Shown here: in pieces, positions 25,105 through 39,338 of the stretch | Layout: each line of letters opens with the position of its first letter | Numbering within the stretch: the stretch's first letter is position 1 | From: Eledone cirrhosa | Lineage: Eukaryota | Assembly: GCA_964016885.1 (NCBI GenBank) | Contig: OZ024745.1 | Location: 126,418,001 to 126,482,000, forward strand | Length of the DNA: 64,000 bases | Direction: 5' to 3' | Notes under the pieces: generated by a model | What the model was told of the DNA's origin: nothing | Seen by the model: the letters and a program-made list of their open reading frames with translations, nothing else | The model's database searches: none | Position numbers and translations under genes: made by a program

Positions 25105-25738
25105 CATAATCTACGAGAAAGTTGAGAATATTTTGCACAAAGAACGTGGCATGCCGAAAGTTTTATGCTCGGTGAGTGCCACGTCTTCTGACACCTGATC
25201 AAATGTGCACCAAAACCTGTCATTGTTTGAGGCAGGGCCACCTGGTTTCCTTGCACATTTCCTAACTCAGGAGGAGTGTTGGTTCATCACTTCGAGCCAG
25301 AGACAAGCGAAACACCCTTCCTCACCAGCTCCAAAGAAGGATAAGGACGGCTCATCTGCAGGGAATGTGATAGCCTCAGTTTTGGGGGATGCACAAGGCA
25401 TCGTGTTTATTGACTATCTTCAAAAAAGCCACAACATCATAGGAGAGTACTATGCCAACCTTTCGGATGCAGTTACGAAAAGCTATCAAGACCAGGAAAA
25501 CTGACGAAATGGGTCTTGTTTCATTAAGACACTGCTCAAGCACACAAGTCCTTGGTTTCAAGGGCTGCTGTGCGTGACTGTGGCTTTGAACTTGTCGATC
25601 ACCCTCCCTATTCTTCTGATTTGGCCCAATCTGAAAAAACACTTGGCTCGGAATCAGTTTCGCAGTGTTGGTGACTATTTTTACCAACAGGATGAAAGCT
25701 TCTTCACCAATGGAATCCAAGTACTCCAACAACGACCA
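25105..25738 (+). pseudogene. Degenerate mariner transposase (irritans/Himar1-like)
   Basis: VPRLLTPDQ, FLTQEECW, SAGNVIASVLGDAQGIVFIDYLQK..IIGEYYANL, HPPYSSDLA and QQDESFFTNGIQVLQQR. Confidence 0.85.
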
Positions 25739-26153
25739 GAAAGATAAAATTCAATTGACTCAACCATGCTTTAGCGCAACTCCAGCGTCTAGAATGACCC
25801 AAAATTCCCTAGAGTTGATCAAATCCCCTTTCCCTACCAGATACAAATATCATTGATTGTTTAGTAAAAGCATTATAAATTTTTACCATAAGCCATACGA
25901 AGGTCGGCTGTAAAGTTCATAGGCTAATCAATATATTCTCATGGAATATGACAAAATGAGGTTTATTTTTTAACATTTGGTCCACACACTTCTTGGTAAA
26001 AATGTATAATGCTTTTACTAAACAACCAATGATATTTGTATCTGATAGGGAAAGGGGATTTGATCAACTCTAGGGAATTTCAGGTCATTCTAGACGTTAG
26101 AGTTGCGCTAAAGTATGGTTGAGTCAATTGAATTTTATCCTCCTGGTCGTTGT
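25729..26153. repeat. Inverted duplication (~160-bp arms) enclosing the inverted mariner 3' terminus
   Basis: Arms 25729-25888 and 25994-26153. The spacer is the reverse complement of KKCVD...TIR. Confidence 0.85.
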
Positions 26154-26654
26154 GGGTGTTTAACTCAGGTCAGCACAGACAGAACAAAAGTATGATCAAA
26201 GTCATTACAGCCTTGATTATCCGTCCTTCATTCGGATAGTGCATATCAAGTATTTCGTTATTCGATGTATCATATCTTATCTTTTCAAGGCTGTAGTGTG
26301 TAATTTGAGCGAAATTTGGAAATGCATCTTTTAGCGCATTATGCGGTGGATTGGCAATATCGGTAGAGGGTCAGACGCCATGCTTTGACGCATAAAGTTA
26401 CGGCCCTTGCCATTCTGAGTTTCAATCCCACCGAGGTTAACTTTGCCTTTCATCCTTACGGGGTCGATAAAATAAAGTACCAGTAATGTACTGGGTAATT
26501 TCTGGCCTTGTTCCAAAAGTAGAAACAATTATGTGGTGGGGAGTGATATATTTTAAACATCGATTAATATATAGATACACCTGAACATTATGGAATCAAA
26601 TTCCTATTGTCACTGACTCCGTCTCTCTCACTCTCCCCATCTATCACTATTATT

Positions 26655-26915
26655 AGCCCACACGCTGCCCCACACCCCACCCGCGGCCCCGGTTGACGGA
26701 ATAGAGAAGACCTTTCCCCGGAGGATTGTGTGGGAGACGTGTTGGAAGAGCCATTTCAGATCGTGAGGCTCACACCTGCCAACTCCGTGCCGATGGTGGT
26801 GAGTAGAGAGGTAGTCCTAGGGCTAAAGATACCAGAAGTCTCTACTGCTATGGGTAGCCAACTCCGTGCCGATGGTGGTGAGTAGAGAGGTGGTTCTAGG
26901 CACAAGGACACCACT
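26655..26915 (-). mobile_element. CRE retrotransposon 3' end with internal duplication
   Basis: Minus strand PIAVETSGIFSP...WLFQHVSHTILRGKVFSI. GCCAACTCCGTGCCGATGGTGGTGAGTAGAGAGGT occurs twice. Confidence 0.75.
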
Positions 26916-28512
26916 GCATTAATATAATAGCGGTACAGTACTCATTGTCTTGCTAATATCACAAACTAGATTATTTCCTGAGTGTAAGTAGATGTTTAGA
27001 ATTTCTGTTAATGTAGTGTAATTCTTCTTTTGACATTCATAACGACATGAATAATTGGGTCTAACGTGATGTCTAAAACGCGATTTTCTTAAAATAGTTC
27101 TAACAAGTATATTTAGGTGAAATTCCACAAATGATTCTACAGAGTTATTTCTAAACTTTCCAGGTAGTTGCTGTTTACGTGCCGGAAGATTCTAAAGCTG
27201 TTGTCAGTTGGCATCCGTAGGGAGCTGATACTATTTCTGAGAATACCTTGAATGTATAAGATCACCAACTCACACACTGCTGTTCGACAGTAGCTAAGCT
27301 TACGTAAATAGCTTATCGCCCTTTTTATTTACTCAAAAGGAATAATCAAAGAACAGAAGAGATTTCTACAAAGACAAACATTATTACCGAGGGCGGTGGA
27401 TTGGCAGAATCCGTAGAGTGTCGGACGCCATGCTTCATGGCATGGCGTTATCGCCCTTTAAGTTCTGAGTTCAAATTCCGCCGAGGTTAGCTTTGCCTCT
27501 CATCCTTACGGCGTAGAGAAAATAATGCACCAGTAACGTACTGGGGGTCGATTTAATTGACTTTACCCCTCCCTTCAAATTGCTGGCCTTGTGACTAAAG
27601 TAAAAATCATGATTACACTGGTGTAGGTATCATTAATGTCATATATTTCGAGCGGAGCAGTGGATTGGAAATATCGGTAGAGCGTCGGATAACATGCTTT
27701 ACTGCATTTAGTTAGGGTCCTTTACATTCTGAGTTCAAATCTGGCCGAAGTTAGCTTTGCAATTCATCATTATGGGGTCCATAAAATAAAGCACCAGTAA
27801 CACACCGCGCCTTGTGCCAAATGTAAAAACGATTATATTTTTCACCAAATTTTAAAAGATTTGACGGGCAGTCTCTTGCGTCGACCTGGATAAATTTGCT
27901 GTTGGTTTTATTGTATGTTGCTAAATCTTTAATGCAGTGGTACAATTCTAGTATGATAAGTACGTGACTTTTTTAACGTTGCTATTCTTCTTTATCTCCA
28001 AATCGGCCTTGATCAAGCAGACCTCTGATCAAAAGTCTTCTAGTAAGTTTGTCTTTTATTCAGATATAGTGAATCTAAGATTACATTATCTATTACATCT
28101 CTTTTTGTTTAAGATAATTTAAAGGAAGATTTACAGCTATTTTTAGCAGATCGAATGACTATGCAAAGGTTCCGTTATTGGCTCGGTTTTTTTAATCTGT
28201 AAACTGACAAGTTCCAGACAATCTTACTATACTCAATTCGCATTTTGTGTGGTTTATACACTCCTATTAGCATTTAACGTCTTCTATGAAGTCTACTCCG
28301 CTATTATATAAAGGTTGGCTATATATAATCATGGTTAATCGTTCTACTAATAATACTAGTTAGTAATTAAATAATATCGTATATTTTCTTCTCACGACAT
28401 ATTTCTAATTAGCTATTTAATGTTTCCTGTATTAAATATGTTAACACTAACTTAAATATAGTATACATCATCTGCTTAATCCTTAGTTGAAGCTATTATT
28501 GTTGTTATTGAT

Positions 28513-28702
28513 GTTTAGCCCAAGGTCAGCCACTGATTGGTCAGATCTATTATCAATGCCGTTCAGGTCGTATTTTCGTATATCGTAGATTACATTATCA
28601 AATTTTTTCTTCATTTTTAAAGATTATAGGTTGTGATTATGTAATACTTGGCTCCTATTTCAAGCTGGTCGAATGATCGTGCGGAAGCTCCCTCGCCGAC
28701 AC
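28513..28702. repeat. Old dispersed repeat family, SINE-like, unclassified
   Basis: Diverged homologues at ~26158-26330, ~28005-28185 and ~41970-42130. Confidence 0.5.
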
Positions 28703-29287
28703 GTAGTGACTAGAGCTAGTAATATGGGATTTGTTTGTATTCTTTATTTTGTTGTTTGACGGGAGTTGACAGAATATCATATCTATTTCAAATGGAATTT
28801 TAGTTTTGTAAACGTATATGCCGATGTGGTGAGAATGCCTATTTAAATTTAAAATTTCCTTTTAGATACGTTTTTTTTTTGTAGTCGATAATGATTTTCA
28901 AATCCATACAATCAAAGAATGAACTTCCAACATGTATATTTCATGTTTAAGAATTGAAGTTAATGAAGTTGTTAAAATACAGGACTTTGTTTCCTGTGAC
29001 TTTAAGTGTCTACGTGCGCTGAGATATTGATTAACGGGGATGTGTAGATATCACTGACCTTTTTAATAAACTTGAAAACGTTGGTTTCTAATTTAGATAC
29101 AAGACTAACAAATTTTGTGGGAAGAGCAAAATTGGTTAAATGAATCCTAGTAAGGGCCAAAGGTAAAGTTGATTTCATGAGGATATAGATGTGCACACTA
29201 TTTCTTCTTCAAGATAGGAGATAGATATTTCACCATTGCACATGTAATTTTCCTTATGAGTCTATTGTATTATATGTGTATACACAG

Positions 29288-29356
29288 AGTCTACAGAGGA
29301 CATTGTTACCAAGCAAAGCGCAAATGAACAAAGTGATAGTGTATCCGGCGGGAAAG
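29288..29356 (+). CDS. Candidate 69-nt phase-1/1 exon xSTEDIVTKQSANEQSDSVSGGK
   Basis: tacacag|AG...AAAG|gttggc. Symmetric, open, protein-like composition. Confidence 0.4.
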
Positions 29357-31675
29357 GTTGGCACATTGTATACTGCCTCTGGTCTTGTGTGTGTGTCAAC
29401 GTATATGACTTTCAAATGTCGAGTCCGCTTAGCTTTAATCAAAAACTAAAAGGTTTAATTCCTCTCTGTAAGCAATGGTAGCATTGACATTTGTTGGCCT
29501 ATAGAGTCGGTTTCACTCCCTCTGGAAAGAGAAAACTATAAGTGATTTATCGAAAAAGAAATTAGTCTTCCATTCTCTTTATACAACCGAAAACATAGAT
29601 AATCAGATTTATTCTTGTATTTTGGAAATAACGAGCTTTTCTTACTGACCAAAGGATACGTAATTGGTACGTCTTAAAGGGAGTTGTACGATATCCCTAT
29701 TGAGTGAGAGAGAAGAGGAGGCTTAGTTCACGCATTTATAAAATACATTAGATGCTACACCAAAGTTCAGTACACCACTGGGTTTTTATGAGTGTAGTAA
29801 AGAAAAATCATATCTTTCCACGAACTCCTAGGGAGGGGATGAAAATTACCATTAGGTTTATAAGAGAATGAAAGACTTGGTTTTGATTTCCAGTTATGTG
29901 TCCATAGTATGTATATACATTAGTGCTGCAGCTATGATTTTCTCTTCCCCATACATTTATACAAAAAAACTATGGCATACACTAAAAACTGTTTCTATAT
30001 ATAATCTGGTGCTGCTTCAAGATTAAACTTATATTGCTGTGCTCTCTATTGGAACACGATAGCAAGAAAATGACTTGGATTCTGACGCCAAAACAAACAA
30101 GTTTTTCATAAAATTCTGTCTATGCTTCCTGATGGAAGAAGAAGCGTACTATTTTCTGTCTAGACAGAAGCGGGCCTTCTTTTCTCCTCTTTTACTTCTT
30201 TCTTTCTTTTTTCATCCATTTCTTCGTCTGTTATTTTTTTTTTATTTCTTCCATCCGTTTTCTTTCTCCTCAGTGTGTTTTTGTTAAAAAAAAACATACC
30301 CCCCCCCCCCTCTCTCTCTCTCTCTCTCGAACATTTTATTTGAGAATTCAAGCACAGGAATTATGTAAAATACCTTACTTAAACACTGCATGAAACGGGA
30401 TTGAAGTAAAACGGTTAAGCATTTTTGTCTAAGACAATGACAGTTTCTTGACTTGGAATACATTTACATGACACGATAAATATATCATGTCTTAAAATTA
30501 AGTTTCAACTTTATAATTCTGTAATCAACACTTTGAAGGCAAAGGCAAAGTCGAGTAAATAGACCCCAGTGCGTAACTGGTACTTTATTTTAAGGATGAA
30601 AGGCAAAACTAACTCAGAACGTAAAGGACCGTAACTCTATGCTGCAAAACAAGGTGTCCGATGTTCTGCCGATACTGCCAATCCACCGCCTTATTACATA
30701 TAATAATTGTTTCTACTTTTGGTGCAAGGCCAGCAATTACCCCAGCGCATTACTGGTACTTAATAATAATTGTTTCTACTTTTGGCACAAGGCCAGCAAT
30801 TACCCAGTGCATTACTGGTATTTTATCGACCCCATAAGGCAAAGTTAACCTCGGCGGGATTTGAACTCAGACCTAGGCAAAGGTTTATTATGCAGAAGGA
30901 CAGAATTAGCTGTATATGTTTTTATTGAACGGGAAAAGTTCGCCTCAGTTGTGGAATGAACAAGAAACACCAGCTTTCGTTGGTTCTGAACGTAGAATGT
31001 AGCGGAACTATTTACAACGTTGCTCTACCATTTTTTCCGTTCGCTACTCTTCTAAATATGTAATGATTTCGTTTGAATAGATTACTAATAATCAAACTTT
31101 CTATATTGAAATGTTACAGTCTACATATGAGCCCCAATTTTATATAGTATTTTTAGTAAGATCATTGAAATGAAATAAACTAATTTGTATTCTATATTTA
31201 CTATTATATTTTTACGGTAAAGTCTTTACCTCATATAATTATCTCACATAATATCGATTCTATGAGATTTTGATATTATTTATTTTGAGAACAATACCTT
31301 AACATCAGTATGAGCAGCCGGTTACAACCGGTTTGAACAGAAAGAGGTTAGAGAATTCTGGCCGGATAAAGCCGGTTTAAATACTATAGGGTTAGATATC
31401 TACCTGAAAAAAAAAAGTGAATCGTGGTCATTTAAATAAAAATGGTACAAACCCAGGTCCCGATTAGCTGCGGAAACGCAGTTAGAAATGATAAGGTTCT
31501 CCATCCAGAACAAATATTGATTTCTAATTTAGGTACCAGGCCAGCAAACTTTGGAAAAGAGCAAAGTTAATTGAATCGGCCTTAGTTCTTAACTGGTACT
31601 TTATTTTATGGATTAAAGACAAGGTTGACCTCACCAGGATTTGATCTCAGAATGCAAAGAGCCAGAACAAATATT

Positions 31676-32210
31676 GGTTTCTGATTTAGGCACAAGGCCG
31701 ACAATTTTTTGGGAGGGGAAAAGTGTATTAAATTGGCCCCAGTGCATTACTGATACATTATTTTATTGACTCCGTAAGGCAGGGATTTGAACTCAGGTCG
31801 TAAAGATCCGTAATACTATGTCATAAAGCATGTTTCCGACGCATTGTGAAGGCGCATAGCTAAGTGGTTAAAACATTGGGCTTGCAATTGAGAGGTTGTG
31901 AGCGGGTGATGCGTTGTGTCCTTGAGCAAGACACTTTATTTCACGTTGCTCCAGTTTACTCAACTATAGAAATGAGTTGCGTCGTCACTAGTGCTAAGCT
32001 GTATCGGTCATTTCCTTTCCCTTGGACAACATTAGTGGCGTGGAGAGGGGAGACTGTATGCATGAGCGACTACTGGTCTTCCACAAAACAAACCTTGCCC
32101 AGGCTTGTGCCTTGGAGGGAAACTTTCTAGGTGCAAAACTATAGTCATTCGTAACCGAGTAGGGCCTTCATGTTTGCGAAACTCTACCGATACTGCCAAT
32201 CCACCGCCCT
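31676..32210 (-). mobile_element. Major SINE (long subfamily) split by a second SINE
   Basis: TSD GCCAGAACAAATATT at 31661 and 32211. The SINE body resumes at CTCTACCGATAC (~32182). Confidence 0.85.
31845..32168 (+). mobile_element. Second tRNA-SINE family, nested
   Basis: TAGCTAAGTGGT A box and GTGTCCTTGAGCAAGACACTTTATTTCACGTTGCTCCAG. Degenerate TSD CATGTTT(C/G)CGA. Confidence 0.75.
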
Positions 32211-32261
32211 GCCAGAACAAATATTTAAAAGATTTTACTAACATAAACATTTTCTTGCCAG

Positions 32262-32352
32262 AATTTAAACTTAATGCACCAATTCAAAAGATCTACACAA
32301 TTAATCAACTATATCAATTTTATTTAACCGTTAAAGACACCGTGTCACAATG
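32262..32352 (+). CDS. Candidate exon xFKLNAPIQKIYTINQLYQFYLTVKDTVSQ
   Basis: TACTAAC branch point, ttttcttgccag acceptor and ATG|GTAAGT donor. Open in phase 1. Confidence 0.45.
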
Positions 32353-32503
32353 GTAAGTCAATTATCTACATTGCATGTATGCAATTGTTTGAATAATGAA
32401 AAGAAAATCAATCACGTTCCAGCTTGCATTGCATATTGTTCTTATCTCGGTGCATAATTTGACAATGCTAGATGTAATTGGATTTCTGCTTTTCTCGTTT
32501 CAG

Positions 32504-32556
32504 ATTTTAATATATTCATGTATGAGAATAATAGGTGGAAGGAATATATTCCTTGA
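32504..32556 (+). CDS. Candidate terminal exon start (completes a split TG|A stop, or encodes DFNIFMYENNRWKEYIP* if the previous exon is skipped)
   Basis: Strong acceptor ctgcttttctcgtttcag. AT-rich downstream sequence with AATAAA at 32751. Confidence 0.35.
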
Positions 32557-35500
32557 ATCCAACGGTATTTTTATGTTCTATATTCCAATATTTGACTGAA
32601 ACTAAATTCTAAAAATCATAATCTCAGTGTCTTCGTTTTATCAAAAGATACAGCTCTTTCTTTGTTATAGTTTATTAAAATATTGGAAATGAACGTCAAA
32701 TTTTATATTTAGCATTTATAAAGTTTCAATATAAAACAATATAAAGTTTCAATAAAAACTGAAATAATAATAACTTTTCATTTATTATGTGCTTGACTGT
32801 GAGGATTGTGTTTTTTGTTGTTATTTTTTTTACATAATAATCAAATTTTTGCTTTTGAAAACGCTTACAAAACTGCGTTTCATTCTTATTGGCATTTTGC
32901 ATTTCGGAATTTAATTTATCTAACAAAATTGTCACATCTGTTAAAAATGATAAATCTAATAACCAGTTTATTTTATTGAATTCCTAATAGTTATTACTTG
33001 TTCCATTAAAAATATTTCATTTCATACAGAAGTTCCAAATTAATTGACAATATATAATACATAGAAATTGAACGAAGACTGCGTTACACTGTCTTATTTA
33101 ATCAGTAACGTAATCCATGATACATTAAAAAAGACGATATTATATATAAACTGCATTAGGAGAAAATTAGTATGTTTATTTAAGCGATGGCCAACCGGAA
33201 GTATTGATATTTCAGAAATTTTAAAGAAGTCCCACGCTCCTTACTTTATTATAGTTTACATGAGTTTAAAAATAAAGAGTTAATAAATAAATAAAACGTT
33301 ATACTTGTTTTACCCTCCCATTTCCAATTAAACCGAACGCTATCATGACTGTATGTGTGTTTTTGTGTAAATGTATGAATGTATGTATGTTTATGTAAAT
33401 GTATATGTATGAATGTATGTATGTTTGTGTAAATGTATATGTGTGAATGTATGTATGTATGAATGTATGTATGGTTGTGTGAATGTACGTATATTTGTGT
33501 GAAAGTATACCCTCCCATCTCCAATTAAACCGAACGCTATCATGACTGTATGTGTGTGTTTGTGTAAATATATGTGTGAATGTATGTATGTTTGTGTGAA
33601 AATATGTGTGAATGTATGTATATTTGTGTGAAATATGTCCGTGAGAGTGTACTTTTATAAGTTTGCGTTTGCGCGATTATAGTTATATACTCATAATAGT
33701 TATATAGTCATACATCTATATGTATGTATGTACACAATCATACGCGCCAGGTGTAGAAAATCATAATCTCTCTATTTCTCTGATCACAAACTCTCTCTCT
33801 TTCTATATATATGGTAGTTGAAATGGTGGTGGTGGCGACGATATACCGGAAGTGCAACTTTGAAAAGAAGTCAATTTGAAATTATTTATTTTTACGAAAT
33901 TATTAGATAAATTATGTAATATTCATTCATTATTTATTCCTTTCATCCTTACGGGGTCGATAAAATAAAGTACCAGTAGAAAGTAGAAACAATTATTTAT
34001 TCAAAGTAATCCAACTTATTTTACAAACGGGATTAAAAAAAAAAAAAACGTACGCAATCCCGCAGACCTTCCTTTATTATAGTTTAGATCTGCTGAAGTT
34101 CCACACAAACTACATGTTGGTGGAATTTACTGATATCAATTAAATTTGGAAATTTGAGTGCCCATGCGCGTGTATTTGTTTACAAAGAGCAACAAATACA
34201 TAGCTGCAAGCTAAAATCCTTGGCGCGTTGTCCATAGTGATTAATAGAATGTTTCTGAAGTGATATACTGCCAATATTTGTTATATTTTATATAAGGATT
34301 CGAAAACATGTCTTCCCCGCCCTCAGTTTTCCTTTCTGATTGCTATACAGTTAATACAGTGCAATCCTTGAACATGAACACTATTTGAATATAAATGCAC
34401 ATTTGAGCTGCGTTGATTTATCCATTTGGAAATGAAAAATATTTTCAAAATGAAATTTTTTTATGCCGCCAGATGTCGTTTCGTAACTTATTTATTACAT
34501 TTATTATATCTGCATCGCTTCTAAAATCTGAAAATAATGAGTAACTAGTTTTCGAAAATGCTCCTGCATCTTTTCATAATTTTCAAATTTTTTTTTTTTT
34601 TTTTTTTTTATGCTTTTTAATTACATTGAATAGTGATGTTTAGAAATATTAGATGATTTGAAAAATGATTGCTGCTTTACCAAACTTGAAATTAATTCTT
34701 TTGTTTTTGTTTTTGTTTCCTGAATTTAGAGGTAACAGTGTTGCAAATGCGTTATGATGTTATTCCACTTCGTCTCCTTTAGTTTTCTATAATATATCCA
34801 AAAATACTGACGGCCATTTTAAAAGCGTTTCCGGGGAAAATACAACACGTCATTATCTTGATTTTTAAAGGAGTTATTTCGTTTCCTTTCAAAGGGATTC
34901 ATTTTATTGGTATTTACTAGAAATATTCTTTCGTTGATATAGTTTCGTTGATATAATTAAAGCTTCTTATTGTTGTTTTAAAAAACAAACAAATATAAAT
35001 ACATGGAAAATGTTTTTTTTGTTTTTTTTTCGAATTGATTCCCGTTGTTAAACTGTAACCAAGTATGTAATAATCTAGAGTTTTAGGTAGCTCACGGGCG
35101 CCGTAACTCCAACGAAAACATAACGCGATGGCTTAGATTTCACAACTGTAATAAGCTCACATATGATCTTTGACATCTGTTGGACATCTGACACCATCTA
35201 GCAGACCCAATGGTCGTTATGCATTAAAATCAAGGAAGCACATTCGTACGAGTCATAAACACACATTACGTATCTAAGCAGTAGACATTTTTGGTAATAA
35301 ATGCAGAGCGTCAATAACACAATAAAAAACAAAGTTTATAAACCCGGAAAGTCTTCTCGTAATTGAAAAATATTGAGTTGTGGTCATATCTTAACTGCAT
35401 ACACAGGCATACAAACACACTTACACATGTGCGAATATGTTCCATATGTTTGTACGTATGTGTGTATGTATGTGTGTATGTATGTGTGTATGTATGTATG

Positions 35501-35822
35501 TATGTATGTTTGTATGTATGTATGTGTGTATGTATGTATGTTTGTATGTATGTGTGCATATATGTATGTAGGTAGGTGTGTATGTATGTATGTATGCTTG
35601 CATGCATGTATGTAAGTATGTATGTTCTCTCTTTTTCTTAATTTTGAGTTTATTTTTAACCGGCCACCTTCCCGGTGGCAATGTTGCAAACGAAGGGAAA
35701 TTGTCATAGTCTTTTGTGTGGTCTTATGTAAGCGGTCATCCTTTGAATTGTAAGAATGTTTTACAAATGTTGAAGGTTTCAGATATTACGGCCATTTGTA
35801 GCTTATGAATTAAGGAGCAAAC

Positions 35823-36320
<498 letters not shown>

Positions 36321-36351
36321 ATAACCTTCGTTTTGTGTAGTAAATTACACT

Positions 36352-36428
<77 letters not shown>

Positions 36429-36429
36429 T

Positions 36430-36760
36430 AAATTAGCGAGAATCGTATTTCGGCTATTGGAAATTAGCGAAAAACAACTTCCGAGATGTGTGGCGAGCGC
36501 TCCATAGAAGCTAGTGAAATAGAGCAACAACATAAGTTAAAAGGCCAAACACACTGAGACCATGTTTAAACCATTATCCACACAACCATAGAAACGACCA
36601 AGTAATTCGGGTCAAACAAATAAAATATGATTGAAAATTATTCCCGGGCCACTGGAAAGTTGGTAAAATCCAGTATTGGGTTTCTGCAACTCCTAAATCA
36701 AGTACTGTCTGCTTAGACAAATAATGTTAAGCTTTTGGTATGATGATCGAACTCTTTCTC
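36430..36760. mobile_element. Unclassified TA-embedded element, homologous to 45258-45545
   Basis: Shared blocks AACGACCA..ATTCGGGTCA and CCACT(G/A)GAAAG(T/A)TGGTAAA..TTGGGTTTCTGCAA(C/A)TCCT. Confidence 0.6.
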
Positions 36761-36768
36761 TTTCTCTA

Positions 36769-36816
<48 letters not shown>

Positions 36817-36973
36817 GAGAGAAAGAGTGAGAGAGAGAGAGAATGAGAGAGAGAGAGTGTGTGTGAGAGAGAGAGTGAGAGAGAGAGAGTGAGAGAGAGA
36901 GTTTAGGGTTAGAATTCGAATTAGGGCTAGAGTTAGTGTTGGTATAGTTAGTGTGAACGGTCACGTGGCTTCA

Positions 36974-37011
<38 letters not shown>

Positions 37012-37720
37012 ATAATAATAATAATAACATATATATATATATATATATACAACATTGTATGTAAACCATCGATGTTCATAGAAGATATTTGGAAAATAAC
37101 TTGGATTATATAAATAATAGCTTAGAAAATCGGTAAAATAAAAAATGGCCAACGGCCGCTACGAAGAAACGAGGCTCAAATCCCTGCTGACTGCTCTAAC
37201 CATATATGTATACTGAACCCCTGATTCAATAGTACACACTGTCACACTCACACAAACGTGATCGGGTTTTTTAATAAATACGAATACGCCCACTACCATG
37301 CGTATGTATATCGTTACATACTTTCAAAGATTCATTTCATATTTTTCTTTCCTTTATTTCCTACTTTGCTTTAAGCTTAACATTCACTTGTCTCCTTCTC
37401 TCTATTTAATCTATTTAATCGAGTCGACGAGGGACTACCTGCTTTTTCAGAACTAAACAACAACTTTAAATCGTTATAAATGTAGCCGTGATATTAATTT
37501 CTAAATTTTACACAAGGCTACAAGCGTTGGAGAAAATGTACTGTTAAACATATATGGTAATAAGACTCTATATTCCAAATTCATGAAAAATTAATGCGTA
37601 TTAAACTAGATGCAATTATAAGTAAACTTTTTAGCAAAATTCAGACATACCAAACTCTAAAATCCCACGAAAAAAGTGCCCGAAAATGGGGAAAACTGAA
37701 GTATACTCGGGAGATTGTAC

Positions 37721-37852
37721 ATAATTGTTTCTACTTTTAGGCACAAGGCCAGCAATTACCCAGTGCATTACTGGTACTTTATTTTATCGACCCCGTAAGG
37801 ATGAAAGGCAAAGTCAACCTCGGCGGGATTTGAACTCAGATCGTAAAGGGAC
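37721..37852 (-). mobile_element. 5'-truncated major SINE with TSD
   Basis: TSD GATTGTACATAAT on both sides. Confidence 0.9.
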
Positions 37853-38162
37853 GATTGTACATAATGAAAGCTATAGCCATTTTCACAAAAATGGGGATAC
37901 TGAGAGAGTTGACAGGCCTGAAACTTGTAATCAAAAGAATGTGGTTTCAACAACGAAATAATAAGTACTCCACGTAACACAAATAATATAGGTAACAGAG
38001 CCAAGTATGGACCCAAAACTCCTGATAGAATCATTGGGGAAGGAGTCTCGTGATATATGGCTGGTTTGGGGGCTTTGTTTTATACCTGGAAGAACCCCTT
38101 TCTCTCCAAGCCTGAACACACCCACTTTTTTATTCTTTTAATGAAAGAATAAAAAAGTGGGT

Positions 38163-38243
<81 letters not shown>

Positions 38244-38814
38244 GGGCAAAGAGATATAAGGGAATAATCGACCCCAGTACTGGACTGGTACTTTTATTAT
38301 CCTTGTCAAAAAATTAAATGTAAAGTTGACCTCGACGGGATTTGAACTCAGAGAACACAAAGAACCCAGACGCATACCGCAAAGCATTGTATCCCACATT
38401 TTAACGACTTAGCAAATTCATCGCTTCATACATTTAATACGATTCTGTGTTTGATTCAACTTCTTCCAAAAACCTAACCTTCTCTGTGACCCTATTCAGT
38501 GTTAAAGTTTTATCATCGTGATAACGTTTGAAAGTACTCCTTGTATAAAAGAATATTTTATTAAGAAGATTTATTTTCTTCATGATTGCAATTTTTTAAG
38601 TTATAAAAATCATAATTCTGAGCTATTACAATCAAATTCTGTAGATATCGATCTATTTTCCACATGATTTTAAAATCATATCCGCGTGCATTTTATTGGT
38701 TAGTTTTACATAAATGTCATCTAGCTGTGTTTTTAAAAAAATCAATATAAAACGTTGAACAATCTTTTATAATGCCAATGTTAGGTTCAATATGTAGAAA
38801 CAAAAGCTCTAGCT

Positions 38815-39338
38815 CAGAGGTTCTCAAAGTGAGCGCTACCCCCCCCCCCCCCCCCGAGGGACATTCAGAAAGTCAAGGGAAGCTGGAGCCTAAGCGACTG
38901 GTGGGGAGGGAAAAGAGATGATATTAGATATCAAATGATATTATATATAAATATAGTAAAATAAAAAATATATAATATTTATTTATACATAGTATATATT
39001 ATATTATTTATTATATATAAATTAAACGATTTAATGTATTATATATGGATTGGCAGTATCGGTAGAGCGTCAGACACCATGCTTTGTAGCATAGAGTTAT
39101 GGCCCTTTACGTTCTGAGTTCAAATCCCGCCGAGATTAACTTTGCCTTTCATCCTTACTGGGTCGATAAAATAAAGCACCAGTAATGCACTGGGTTATTG
39201 CAGGCCTTGTGCCTAAAGTAGAAACAATTATTTACAATTTGCATATAGGCAGGTCTCTCTGGAATAGAGTTGGGGGACGCTGAGGTTATTACGTGATCGT
39301 GAGAAGGGGTGGCGGCCCCAAAAGTTTGAGAACCTTTG
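38815..39338. mobile_element. hAT-type MITE containing a nested SINE (39047-39230, +)
   Basis: TIR CAGAGGTTCTCAAA / TTTGAGAACCTTTG and 8-bp TSD CTCTAGCT. Confidence 0.9.
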
